Part shown: positions 51,940 to 64,000 of the stretch, piece after piece
How the letters are laid out: the number at the start of each line of letters is the position of its first letter
Position numbering within the stretch: the stretch's first letter is position 1
Source: Gnetum montanum
Lineage: Eukaryota > Plantae > Gnetophyta
Length of the DNA stretch: 64,000 nucleotides
Direction: 5' to 3'
NCBI GenBank assembly: GCA_015680685.1
Contig: MNCI01001539.1
Coordinates: forward strand, 580,387-644,386
Translations under genes and position numbers: made by a program
The notes under the pieces: generated by a model
The model's input: only the letters and a program-made list of their open reading frames with translations
Told to the model about the DNA's origin: nothing
Databases searched by the model: none

Positions 51940-53350
51940 TGTGATGAGAAGCTCCCTTGTATTCCCCAATCCAAGCTCACTGAATTTAAAATAAATCCAC
52001 AATTGAAAACAAGAAAAGAAACACAACTCTTTATTCTTGCTTGTAATAGTAGATGAAATACAAAAATGTTAGAAGCAAAGTCTCGAAGGACAGACAAGGG
52101 CTCAAGATCCCTTTATTATCACACTCACACACACCGAAAAGGCTCAAGTGACCTTCCTTTTACTCTCCCTCTCAATTCTCTTTTGGCACATACAAAGCTC
52201 AGGCACACTCACTTCTCTCTTTCTCTTGGACACACACATACCAATTGAAGGCCTTTGATGCCTAATAATAGCTTTTTGAGGGGCTCTTCGTCTACCCTCA
52301 GTGCCCAAAATATAAATTTTTGTTTGTTGGTCTCACCTAGGAAGACATCTTGGGTGTCTGAAAGGGGTCCTTCCTGAAATGAAAACATGTTCAAAAAGAC
52401 GTCTTGCACTAGGAGAAGATGTTTTTGTCTGCAGAGAAAACATTTTGCAGGGCTAGGAGATGTCTTTCTAGAGAGGTAGGCTTGATGTCTATAGAGAAGA
52501 TGTCTTGCAAGGTTGGGAGACGTCTTTCCAGAGATTCAGGCTTGACGTTTGCAGAGAAGACATCTTGCAGGGCTAGGAGACATCTTTCTAGAGATGTAGG
52601 CATGTTGCAGTAGACATCTTACAATATGAAAAAACATACTGTGGCCAGGATAAGATGTCTTTCCTATGAACACTACAAAACCACAAGTTGACAAGTTGGA
52701 CATCGAAACACCTCATTTAAGGTCCCATCAGTTTCTGAACCTCCTGAATGCATAGAGAACAGTCTGAATACACAAGATACAACACACAAACATCAAACAC
52801 ATAACACAATTGAGGACTGACACTTCATAGCTGGATGATATCTTCATCAAATTGACTCCTATCATGATGTATGGACATTTTCTATTAGTTAACCAGTCTT
52901 TGGAATTCTTCATGTGCTATCACTATAACTGCCTTTGGATTTCCTCTTGTTCCTTATTCTGCACCTCCTATCAGCTTTGCTCTTCTTCATCCCTCTGCAT
53001 GGCCTTCTCAACTTCTTGCATAAGCTTTGCTTTGATGCTGTCCCAGAGCTCTATTTCGATTTTGAAATGAAGTGCTTGCTCCTGAAGTTGCATCCTTTGC
53101 TTGGCCTCCCATTTACGGTGAACTTTGAGATCCTATGTTATTGCTTGAAGGTCCACCTTTGCCTTCTATTAGAGTTGTTTGATCTCTGCAACCCTTTGTT
53201 TAACCTCCAGCACCACTCTATCATCCACTTGGGCTCTTCAAGAGTCTTCCCAGCCTTTGCAGGTTTGTGTCATCTGCTCTTCAAACTCCAGAGCCAGCTT
53301 TTCTCTTTAGATGTATTTCAATATCAAACCTCATCTCCATGCTAGGCACA
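51940..53350 (-). mobile_element. Probable LTR-retrotransposon fragment with AGA(C/T)(A/G)TCT motif array and 60-bp tandem repeat (52430-52610)
   Basis: 60-bp periodicity over three consecutive lines; CA/CT-rich LTR-like segment; similar motifs at 59660-60240. Confidence 0.55.
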
Positions 53351-53369
53351 AGCAAATCGACTTGATTAA

Positions 53370-55070
53370 CCACTATGAAAGTTTACATTAAAGAATTAGA
53401 AGGCTTCGTTGTCAAAGGAGAAGAGAACAAGGTATGCAAGCTAACTAAAGCACTCTATGGTTTAAAACAGGCCCCACAAGAGCCAAGTCTCATAGAATAA
53501 ATGAATATCTCTTAATGGCTGGATATAAAACTTGCACATTTAAGCCCATACTACATTACAAACATGTTGGAAATGATTTTATCTTGGTTTCACATTATGT
53601 TGATGATTTGGTATTTTGTGGGAATTTTGAAATCTTGGTTGCTGAGTTCAAACATGATATGATGAAAGAATTTGAATTGAAAAACTTGGTCTTGCTTAAA
53701 TATTTTTTGGGAATTCAAGTAGACCAATATGAAGATTATTTGAAAATTCATCAAACTAAATATGCTCAAACAATTCTAGAAAAATATGGCATGAAAGATG
53801 AGAAAGTTGTTTCTACACCATTGACTAAAGATTGCAAACTCATTTTGAAAGACAATACTCCACTTATTGATGCCTCTCACTCTAGAGGAATAATAGGTTC
53901 ATTGAGATTTTTTTGTCAAAGTAAGCTTGATGTAGAATTTGCTACTTCCTAGTTATCAAGATATGTGAGCTTCCCATTTGAATCTCCTTAAGCATGTGTT
54001 CAAATTCATCAAATACAGTTTTGATTTTGGGCTGAATTTTGCGAAAGGTGATGGAAAATTTCATGCATATCTAGATGTAGACAAGGTTGGTGACATTAAT
54101 GATAGAAAATCTACTTTGGGTTCTTTCATTTTTCATGGGCTAAACCTAGTATATTGGAATGCAAGAAAGTAAATTTTATTTAGTTTATCATCATGTGAGG
54201 CCGAAGTTGTTTCAATGTTTGAATGTCTTCAACATATATATGGTTCAAAGAGCTTCTCACCCACATTGGCTTTGAGCTAAGCACTTCCACTAAATTGTTT
54301 GTTGATAATACAACAACAAAAAGTGAAAGCACATAAGCCTCATGGACTACTTCATAGAAGATGAAGTTAAAGAAGGCACCATCAAACCCACATATTTGGA
54401 GACTGAATATCAATTAGTTGATATACTTACTAAGCCCATTCATGCAATTAAGCTTCAGCAACGTATGGGAGAAATTAGCATCATAAAGATAATAAATGAA
54501 GACAGGTCTGTTTGTAATCATCCCCATTACACACTAAAGGAGGGATTGTTAGTTATAGTGTGAATGGGATGTTCATTACATTTTCAAGTTGATGTCTTCT
54601 TATTGCTTTTTCATTCCAAGTTTTTAGTCAGTTTAATTTTCAAGATTAAAGTCATGGATAGGTCAATAGTTATGTACCATGTAATAAAACTTTCCATAAA
54701 TGGAAAATGTATCGTATGTATATAATGATCACGTAACATGCACAACATGACATAAAAGGATCAATCAAACTTATAAATAGAGGCGCCTACCTTCATATTA
54801 AAGGTTCGCAAGCTCATTTATCTTGTTCATTTTTCTAGTTTCATTGTTCAAGCTCATTATAGAATACTTTCATTTTCAGCAATAGAAGAGAAGACTATCT
54901 GAAGTTTCTCTCAAGAATCTCTCATTTCTTCAGAGTCTTTCACAACTCTCTCACATTTACTGTCACAAATTCAGATTTTTTCATTTCTTTTATATCTCTC
55001 ATATTTCAATCTGATTTCACATTTCTTTCAGGTTAATGCTTTGGAGTCTCACATGTTTTTGCATATAACA
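53370..55070 (+). mobile_element. Degenerate Ty1/copia RT-RNase H, PPT and 3' LTR (54547 to about 55070)
   Basis: KALYGLKQAP, HYVDDL, LLKYFLGI, DRKSTLG, QLVDILTKP; PPT aaaggaggga followed by TGTT. Confidence 0.88.
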
Positions 55071-57485
55071 TTTCATATATCTATAGTTTGAGTAAATCTC
55101 TATAAGTTCGAAGAACAGTTATCATCAAAAGCATTAGATCTTATTATTTTCAAGTTCAAAGCTTATTTGCTTTGAAAATTTCAAGCTTGTTGAATTTCTA
55201 GCCTTTAGATTTACAATGAATTGCTCATTATTTGATCAGATCATTGCTAGTTTTTTGTTATCTTTGAAAATTTCATGTAGATTGAGCACAAGTTTGAAGT
55301 GAAATGGATTCAAATTGCACAATATTGGCTTCATAAAAATTAAGCTGTGTACCTATTGCTTGACATCACTCAGACATGACTTTAATTGATAAAGAATTAA
55401 CACTATTACCTGTTATTGCTTTGTGTAATCTCCAGTGATATGATTTAATTCAAAATTTGTGATCATTGCTATCACATTTTACTAATCTGGCAATCTGTAG
55501 CAATTAATAAGAAAACATTATCAATTATAATTGCAGAGTGCGACTATCACATCTTCTATCACAGGATCGATTTCCAGTGGCAAATAAATTCATAAGTGTA
55601 GATTCTAATCACTTCAAGCAATTTCCACCCATATGTTGGGCTTAATCAAACTTTTCTTGCTTCTGCTTGTCTTCAATAGGTTCTTGCTTTTTTGGCCAAT
55701 CTGGGTTTGCTTCTTTGGATCTTGCTTCTTGCAAGTACCACCATAGGTTTTTTCATCATATGAGGGAGTTGCTTCCATCCTTCCAAAAGTCTGGGCATGA
55801 TATTGCATGTAAAGATCTAATAAAACATTTACTAAGGTTTCAAAGTCCATACCTTTCAGCTTCTTGTTTGTTGATAGTGTGGTGATGCCTTGAATGTAGG
55901 CATGAATAACTTGAGCACTTTTGATGAGAAAGGCCCAAACAATGCATTGTTGCTTGTAGTCATTGTCAAGGATCTCTTTGATCTCTTCAAGCCCATTGAT
56001 GACTTTCAAATATTTTCCCTTGTCATATGAAGTTTGTTCCTCGTGTTCGAAAGGCAAATGCCTTATTAGACTTTTTGCTGAAATTTCTTTTGAACGTATC
56101 AACTATGTGCCATAGAGTAATACATTTCTGAACAATTTTGTAATGACATTCATCTATTACTAGAAGAATTGAAGAAGAATGAATCTTGTCCATAGCTTCC
56201 TACTTGTTCATCTTCTTTTAGTTGGATCTATCTACAACTAACGTGGTTGCATTGTGTGGTTGTTTTCTTGAAGATATCCTCTAAACATTTGATTTACTTT
56301 GGCTGCTAGGATAAGTCAATTGTGCCTTTTTTTCCAATTCAACTCTCCTTTTAGGATTGTTCTTATATTGTTCTTAAAATTGATTAACATGATTCTGGCC
56401 TAGAGGCCAACTACCACCTGACCAAAGAGGGCTTTCTGGTCATGGTAAATAATTTTTTGTCATAATGCCAAGGGGAAGATTCCTGTTCATGGTAAATAAT
56501 AAAAGTCAGTAATAATACGAGAGAGGAGGTGAGGGGGAGTTGTTTGCTCACGAGAAGATTTGATTTGTAGTAAAAGGAAAAGATCCCCTTGGCCTGTCCT
56601 TGGGGTCCTTCCCCACCAATGTTTCTTGTACATGTTTTTCATTTTAATATGATGCCCAACCTTTCTGCAACCAAAAAAAAAAAAAAAAAAAGCCCAAAAA
56701 TAAACATGGATATATAAAATAAATATATAGTTAATCTAGTGTCTAATTTCAGTGCTTTTCCAAAATCAGGAATGGAAGAGTAATAACTTGTTGATACATT
56801 TCTATGGTGGAAGTGAGGAGGGAAAAGCAATATAGTGTTGTCCTACTACTTAGACTTATTCTCATAGCACTTTCACCACCATAGACACCTCAAGTCCACA
56901 AGATTGCACCCTTTTAGGATTTTGGAGTTTCATGCCAATTGCTCAAAAGCCTTTCCTTTGGGACTGGAAAAGTAGTGTGAGGTCTAAACTTCTTCAATTG
57001 CATTCTTTCCGGGTTTCACAACCTACATAGTCACCAAGAGCAATTTTCAATGTGTTGGATAGTTTTGATTACAAAACAAGCTTCAGTTCTTGCATTGCCT
57101 ATATTACTTGCACCTATGAGTACGTACTTGTAATCCTTTTACACACCACTTGTAGCTATAGATTTGTGATTATGCATTTGGAATCCTTATGTACACTAGT
57201 TATGTTGCATAGATCAATGTGTACATTACTTGCGTTGTGCAGATCCATAAGCTTATTTTCTAAGATAGCTAATACTTTTGGTTGAGAGCTGGAATGAACA
57301 TGCTGGAAAACGTTTTTTATTTTATGTCAAAACATTTTTCCGTCTTTATCATGTAAAAAGGACAAGAATAATTTGAAATACATTAAAATTCTCTTTTTGA
57401 AATAATTTCATAATACTGCATGTTTTGTGGAGAAACTGACAAGACTTTTGGTGACAAATGATGTTTTACTTTCCAAAATTTTCAG

Positions 57486-57645
57486 GGTTTTACCTTTTGG
57501 CCAAACTGGAAGAAGCAACTGATAAGCCAATCTACAAATGGACTCACCATATCATTAGTGGCCATACATTGAAGCATCTTTGTGCTGCAATGGTCCCTGT
57601 CTTCCTTACGATTATGTTGTGCCGCAGAGATATTGAAACTGAAAG
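57486..57645 (+). CDS. SAG18: Exon of SAG18/aPHC-like gene
   Basis: (G)FYLLAKLEEATDKPIYKWTHHIISGHTLKHLCAAMVPVFLTIMLCRRDIETE(R); contains the HxxxH metal-ligand motif; ttcAG acceptor, GTAAC donor. Confidence 0.95.
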
Positions 57646-58940
57646 GTAACTTCTTTTTGTTCCTAATAATTCTGAATTTTACTTGACAACTGAAAAATAT
57701 TATTAAAAAGTTTCATACCTTATCTGTTTATGTTTTTATGGGTCAAAGCATAAATTCAAAATGTATATGATTACTTATTATAAGAAATGCTTTCAACCAC
57801 TGTACTTGCCCAGGGTTTTGCATATGGGCAACTAATAATGAAGATCTATTTTTGCAGTCACTGTAGATGAGATTGATTATTACAGTGAAATCCTTAGGGG
57901 TGAGTATTGTCTGATAAAGGAATCTTGTCTTAAAATACCATGAAGTACATCTACACAGGAAATTTTAGATAATTGTCTGATAAAGGAGGCGAGTTTTTAT
58001 TCAATCTAGAGTAAGCAATTTAGTGCATCCATCTATAGAGAGAAGTGGTGTTGTGCGTTGAATTCATTTGTTTGGATATTGTTTTTGTGCCAATTATATA
58101 GCGTTTTATTCCTTTTAAGTGGATATGTTGGCCAAATTGAGAGAGCCATCATTGTGATTCCTGAAGCAGACATGCTATCGATTTTGTCTCATATTTTGGG
58201 AGATGGACGATCTGCATTCTTGGGTTGATAACAAAAATTGATTTTGAGTTGCTTGGATTTTTATCGAGCATTTCTGCTTACAAGAATTTCTGATATTTTT
58301 ATTGCCTTTGCCCTTCAAAATAACTTATCTTTTCTCTTTCTAATATTCCGTCCTTAAAAACCTGGGCAAAATGCCTTTTTAAGATTATGTTGTCTAATCT
58401 GTTCAATAGTACAAAACTGAATGTTCTAAGAGTGCTTCCAGAAATTTCGTACTGAAATCTCACCTGGTTTGATATCCTGCATAGAATGATCTCCTGCAAT
58501 ACTGCTGATTCTAATACACCTTTGTTTTTTAATTGTCTGTTCGTCTTCCTTGAATTTCAATTTTCTTGGAATGAAACCTCAATTGTCTGTATTAAAACCC
58601 GCATGCTTTCGTTAGGATGCAAATAATAAAATGACAGAATTCTGATAATATTTCGGCTGCAAGCATTACACTCGCATGTTGTAGAAATATCTTTGCTACA
58701 CGATTTCATTTAACATCATGATTCTCTATCTGCAAGCAATATTTTATGCTTTGCACAATATTCAGTTTGATAACATTGTAAGAATATGTTGTTTTATATG
58801 ACATTTAAAGTAGCTGCAAAATAATTTGTAATGCAAAGTTTCTTGCTTTGAGCATGCTGAACTTTTATCATCAGTCTACTCCTCAAACAACAGTTTTTTT
58901 TGCATCAATATTTATGTTAGTTGACCGACTTTGTATGCAG

Positions 58941-59064
58941 GCAAAGTTTGTATCAAAAGTGGAGAGTCACCATCAAAATGTTATTTACGAGGAAACATTA
59001 TGGTCAAGAGAGGTTAGAACTGAAATATTCAGCGCTTCAAACTGACTCAGAGGAAGCTGCATAA
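58941..59064 (+). CDS. SAG18: Last coding exon of SAG18/aPHC-like gene
   Basis: tgcAG acceptor in phase 2; (R)QSLYQKWRVTIKMLFTRKHYGQERLELKYSALQTDSEEAA then TAA; resembles the ERxSLYxxW C-terminus of homologues. Confidence 0.85.
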
Positions 59065-59439
59065 ATTGTCTCATGTTTTCTTCATCAACAAAATGCTAAG
59101 GCCCTGAATAACACTTATTTCAACAAATAGTTAAATAACACTCATTTGTATAAATGTAAATGATAAAAATGATCTTGGAAATTTGCTCATCTTGTAAAGG
59201 AACTTTTTTATATACTTTGCTCTATTATTGCACGGGTTTGAAAATTTAACTTGGAACTTAAAGATTCAAAGTTACAAGTTTTAACACATGATATACAAAT
59301 GGCTCATGTTTTCCTTGTGTAAAACCATCACTCTCATCTTGAAGGCAAATAGATAAGAAATGAGACCACCATAATGAATGAACCCACTTGTTGGAGTGAG
59401 GCAAATCATTGGTCATTCACCACTTTGCAATGAAATAGG

Positions 59440-60260
59440 CTAATTGATTCTATTTTTCAGCTACAGGGATGATAAGGACATTACCCATCCCATGTGTAAT
59501 CTTCAAGGGGCTGTTTGTATATGTTTTTATTTGTGTATGTGTTTTCTTGTCTTGGCCTTGTTTGTGATGATTCCAAGGTTTTTCAAGGTCAAGGAGTGCT
59601 TGTTTGGGTGTATTTGGAGTTCTTGGGCTTCAACACAGATATCTTGTTCTTGGCTGTTTGGCTGACAAAGATGTGTACATCATGGAAAAAACATCTTTGC
59701 TACTGGAGTAGATGTCTACTCTTGTAGGAAGATGTCTACTATTCATGTGTTCTACTCTAGAAAGACATCTACTTTAGTGACAAGATGTCTTGCCTGCATG
59801 CCTTGCACTTTGGAAAGATGTCTCCTTCTCATCAAAGATGTCTACTCTAGTGAGAAGATGTTTTTGTTGGCAGATTTCATGAATATTAATTTGTATTTGG
59901 AATGCTAGGGGAGATGCTAGGGGAGTATAACTAGGCATCAAAGACTTGAGTTTGAGTAAGAGAGAGGGAAGAGAAGAGTTGAGAGTGTAAGAGAGAGAGA
60001 GAAGTGTGCAAGTGAGGGAGAGTGTGTGCAAGGACAAGTGTGTCCAATTGAGTGAGGCAAGGGTGAGGCACTTGAGAGAGGTTGAGGAAATCTCTTGTGA
60101 GTATTCTTGTCCTAAGCTTAGTGCTCCAAGTACAAGTAATTGATGGATTGAAAAAGGGCATGTGTGGCCTCTAAGATCTTTGGAAGGTTTGAGTTCAGCT
60201 TGGCTCCTCATCATTGATATTTTTCTCTATTTTGATCGTGGTTAAAAAAGAGAGAGTTTC
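59440..60260 (+). mobile_element. LTR-like fragment related to 51940-52700, in opposite orientation
   Basis: Repeated agatgtct/agacatct motifs followed by a GA/GT-rich tract mirroring the 52080-52240 CA/CT tract. Confidence 0.5.
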
Positions 60261-63200
60261 TGTAACAACGTTGTCCTAGTGAACGTTGTTCGGCACCCAT
60301 GGAGTTCCCCCAAGCAGATTCTGAATTGGGACGAAACTCAAGAGGAATACACCTCAGCAATCAACAATCCTAAAACACATGCCAACAAATAATGTGTTAG
60401 TGTTAGGATGTCTCCTGAGTGGTGTTTCAAATTCAATATTCGCAATATACTAACAAGCTAGATAGCGCTCCCTTGCTCCACTCACGTGGACACCACAGGG
60501 ACTACTAGCTGAACCCTTCAAATTCATCACCGTGTGCTAGTAGTTGGTGTTGTGCTCTAAAGAGTGCATACAACATCCCATAGCATGTTCCATGACACAC
60601 CTGGTAAAAACACCACAACGTAGAGTTGAACTACGCAACCCTCCTAGGCAAGGTCCTACCGAGTGGGGTAATGAGGTAGGTTGTAGCCTCCTCTTACTAA
60701 TGCATGGAACTACCATGCCAGTATGGTTCCGAAGATGCAAGGAGCGGAGGACTCCTTATGCCCCCACGACCCGTGAACCATGGGGGAGGTAGTAGGCCAC
60801 CACCAACCTTGCTACCTCTTTCACAATCCTCCCTCGTTTAAAACGAGTGACGACCTTAGAGCATGGCCTGGGTAACCCATGAGGTAGCTACATCAAAACC
60901 AAGGGAGGATTCCATCAATTTTGGGGAAGTAAGCCCATGCTATTCTAAGTCAAGTTTGAAGGGACCTTAGGTTCTAGAAGGTCCAATTGCTAGGGCCAAA
61001 GGTCGTAAAGCATTTTTATTGAACTCGATCGTCTTCCTAAGATCTGGACTTATCATAGCATTCGACACCCAAGTCAAGAGCATTACCCCTCAAGACTTGG
61101 CTTGTCCATCCTTCCATACTTGACCTGAAATGCAAGGCTATGGGAGGACATCAGGTGGCCTATCATTGTGACATGATAGAACACACCGACCTAGGGATGT
61201 ATGAGTTCTAGGGTGTTCCCTGACTCATTTGAATCCAAAGTTCTAGGGGTCTCAAGTTTAGCATAGCTCCTTTATATTTGAAACTTAAGCCCCATCGCCT
61301 ATAGAGCACTTCGAAAGTCTCTAGGCACCTTCCTTCCCTGTCTGATGCAAGCTCTCATAGGAATTCGCTCCTGAATCCCATAAGGCATCACATGCACTCC
61401 TGAATCCCATAAGGCATCACATGCCATGCCTCTTCTAATTTTTTTTTCATGAGAGGTTTCTCCATTCATCATCGAGGCAGCCAAGGTAGGAGGTTGATTG
61501 CTTGCTCTCGACAGAAGTCCAGGATCAAGTTTTCTTGGGATCTCAAATGCTCTAGTGGTTCCCAACTATCATCTGAGTTAGGATGGTGTTTCCAGTGGAC
61601 GAGGAACTCCACTTTCAAATCTACACCATGGTCAGTGGTTCGGAAGTTTCGGATGCAGTTTTCTCTCTTTCCTTGTATAGATTGTATACAAGGTTGCTCT
61701 CGGATTGAGAGACTTCTTTCTGGATACAGGATCCCATCCGACAATGGCTTCAGCATGTTGACATGAAAAACTGGATGGACTCAATTCATATTGATTGGTA
61801 GTTGAAGCTTATATGTCACAGGGTTAATTTTATCGATGATTTAGAAGGGACCATCATATTGCCTCATTAATTTGAAGGTAGTTCCCTGTTTCGGTTTGAA
61901 TTGACGTGGGTCCAACTTCAAGAGAACCTAATCTCCCACCTTAAATTCACGATGTTGGCGTTTTCAATCAGCATACTTTTTTATTCATTGCACTGCCCTC
62001 TCCAGATGATAGTTTGTAATTTCAACATTTTCAGACCACACCTTCAAGAATTCATCTGCTGAGGGATGTTGACCTTGTAGCGAGGGGAAGACCATATGAG
62101 GGGTAATGGGTTGCCTTCCCATTACTAGTTTTGTAGGAGAAAACCCAGTAGCTGATGACTTTTGGATCTTGTAACTTAGCTGGGCAATCCCTAACAGAAC
62201 AGACCAGTTCTTTTGGTCACTGCAAACATAGTGTCGGAGGTACTCTTCAAGTACCTGGTTCATCCATTCTGTTTGACCATTGGTTTGTGGATGAAAACTT
62301 GTTGATAATTTGAGGGTGGTACCTATCATGCCAAACAACGCTCACTAGAAAGCACTTGTGAATCGAGAATCTCGATCTGAAACAATGCTCATGGGTAACC
62401 CAAAATATCGAACCACCCTATCAAAATAGTATGTTGCAGTGTCCTTAGCTGAGCATTTTGATGGATAGGGAATGAATATGGCAAATTTGGAAAATTTGTC
62501 CACCACCACGATGATGCTGCTTAAGCCCTGAACATTCGGTAATCTTGTAATGAAGTCCATAGACATTGTAGCCTATGGAAATGGAGAGATTTCTAAGGGT
62601 AGCAGAAGACCACCTGTATGCTTCGTAGAACCTTTGTCCTACTGGCACACCAGACACTTCTGAATATAAGAAATCACATCCTGATACATTTTTGGCCAGA
62701 AGAAGGTTCTCTCAATGAGTGCCAAGGTTCTTTGCTGTCCAGGGTGCCTAGCCCACTGTGTGTCATGGCATTCTCGGATTATCTCCTTACGTAAGCCATC
62801 CCAATCCGGAATGCATATCTGATTATCATAAAACCAAAGTAGTCCATCCCTCATTTTGAACTATGGTGCTTGCCCAGTTTCTATCAGCTTCGTTAGATCA
62901 ATGACATGAGGATCCCTTTTTAAGCTATCTTGAATCCGAGTCAACAACACTTCATCACACTGAACATGTGAAATTTGTGGCTCAGTGATAGAAAAGAGCT
63001 GGGAGGCAGGCTGAGGATGGTGGCTTAATGCATCTGCCAGCACATTCTCTTTCCTAGGATGGTAGGTTAATTACAAATCAAATTTAGATAACATGGTCAA
63101 CCATTGGGCATGTTTGCGCCTCAGCTTCGTTTGGTTTAGTAGATAGCTAGTGGCCAAATTATCTGTCTTGACAAGGACACGACTTCCCAGCAAGTAGTGT

Positions 63201-64000
63201 CTCCATGCTCTTAAGCAATGGACAATAGCGAATGTTTCTTTTTCATGGATTGACCACCTTTGCTCTACTTGTTTAAGCTTCTGGCTCTTATAAGCGACAG
63301 AATGGCCTTTTTGTAGCAATACACCCCCGATTGCATTCTCACTGGCATTAGTATGAACCTCAAAAGGTTTCGAAAAATCTGGCAATGCCAACACTGGATG
63401 GGAGGTTAAAGCTTCTTTGATTCTATTGAATGGTTGCTGACAATTTGAATCTCATTGCCATGGGATTTCTTTCTTTTGCAAATTGGATAGGGGAGCAGCG
63501 ATAACTGAGAAATTTTTGATGAATTTCCAATAGAAGCTTGCTAACCCCATAAACTGTCTAACCTCATGCACATTAGTGAGAGCGCTGGTGCACCACCTCT
63601 ACCTTTTTTGGATTTGGCTTCACCTGCCCATACCCTACAAGATGTCCCAGAAATTTTAGCTCTGAGCAACAGAATTTACATTTCTCTTTCTTAATGTACA
63701 ACTAATTTTCTCATAGCTTTTCAAGGACTAATTGTAGGTGGAGGGCATGTTCTTCCATGGTTGGGCTATATATCAAAATATTATTGAGATAGATGACCAC
63801 AAATTTGTCTAGGAATGGTCGAAATATCTCGTTCATTAAGGTACAAAATGTAGCTGGTGCGTTGCAAAGCTCAAAGGGCATCATTGACCACTCGTATGAC
63901 TCATACTGGGTTACGCATGTAATTTTTTCTTCATCCTCTTTTGCGATGTGAACTTGGTAGTGCCCTTGTCGAAGGTCTAGTTGGGTGAAATATTGGGCCC
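60261..64000 (-). mobile_element. Degenerate Ty3/gypsy chromovirus (RT, RNase H, INT, chromodomain, 3' LTR region), runs off the window end
   Basis: LPDFSKPFEVHT, SMDFITRLP, VSDRDSRF, FHPQTNGQTE, chromodomain VEFLVHWKHHPNSDDSWEPLEHL. Confidence 0.92.

Noticed and set aside
58848-59045. ORF-track 65-aa ORF as the last exon
   Set aside because: Wrong frame; splice phase and homology favour the frame ending at TAA 59062-59064.

Overview
Land-plant nuclear DNA. One host gene on the + strand, a SAG18 / alkaline-phytoceramidase-like (CREST family) membrane hydrolase, has six coding exons visible between 8028 and 59064; its first coding exon appears to lie upstream of the window. Two introns of about 24 kb are packed with nested, mostly decayed retroelements: L1-type LINEs, Ty1/copia elements and a Ty3/gypsy element; a further LINE and copia sit in the upstream intron, and another gypsy lies downstream of the gene. 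Two things stand out. (1) At 11.8-15.0 kb an 862-bp unit is arranged in tandem and inverted copies, carrying four copies of a minimal type I hammerhead ribozyme motif with a palindromic stem III, next to a UUCG hairpin. This looks like a non-autonomous Penelope-like or retrozyme-like element inside a plant intron. (2) Three diverged LINE copies carry the same extra coding domain directly after the zf-RVT region of ORF2, where plant L1s usually have RNase H or nothing. By eye it resembles the 'putative plant transposon protein' (Transposase_32-like) accessory domain of LTR retrotransposons. All calls were made by eye without database searches, and most TE boundaries are approximate.
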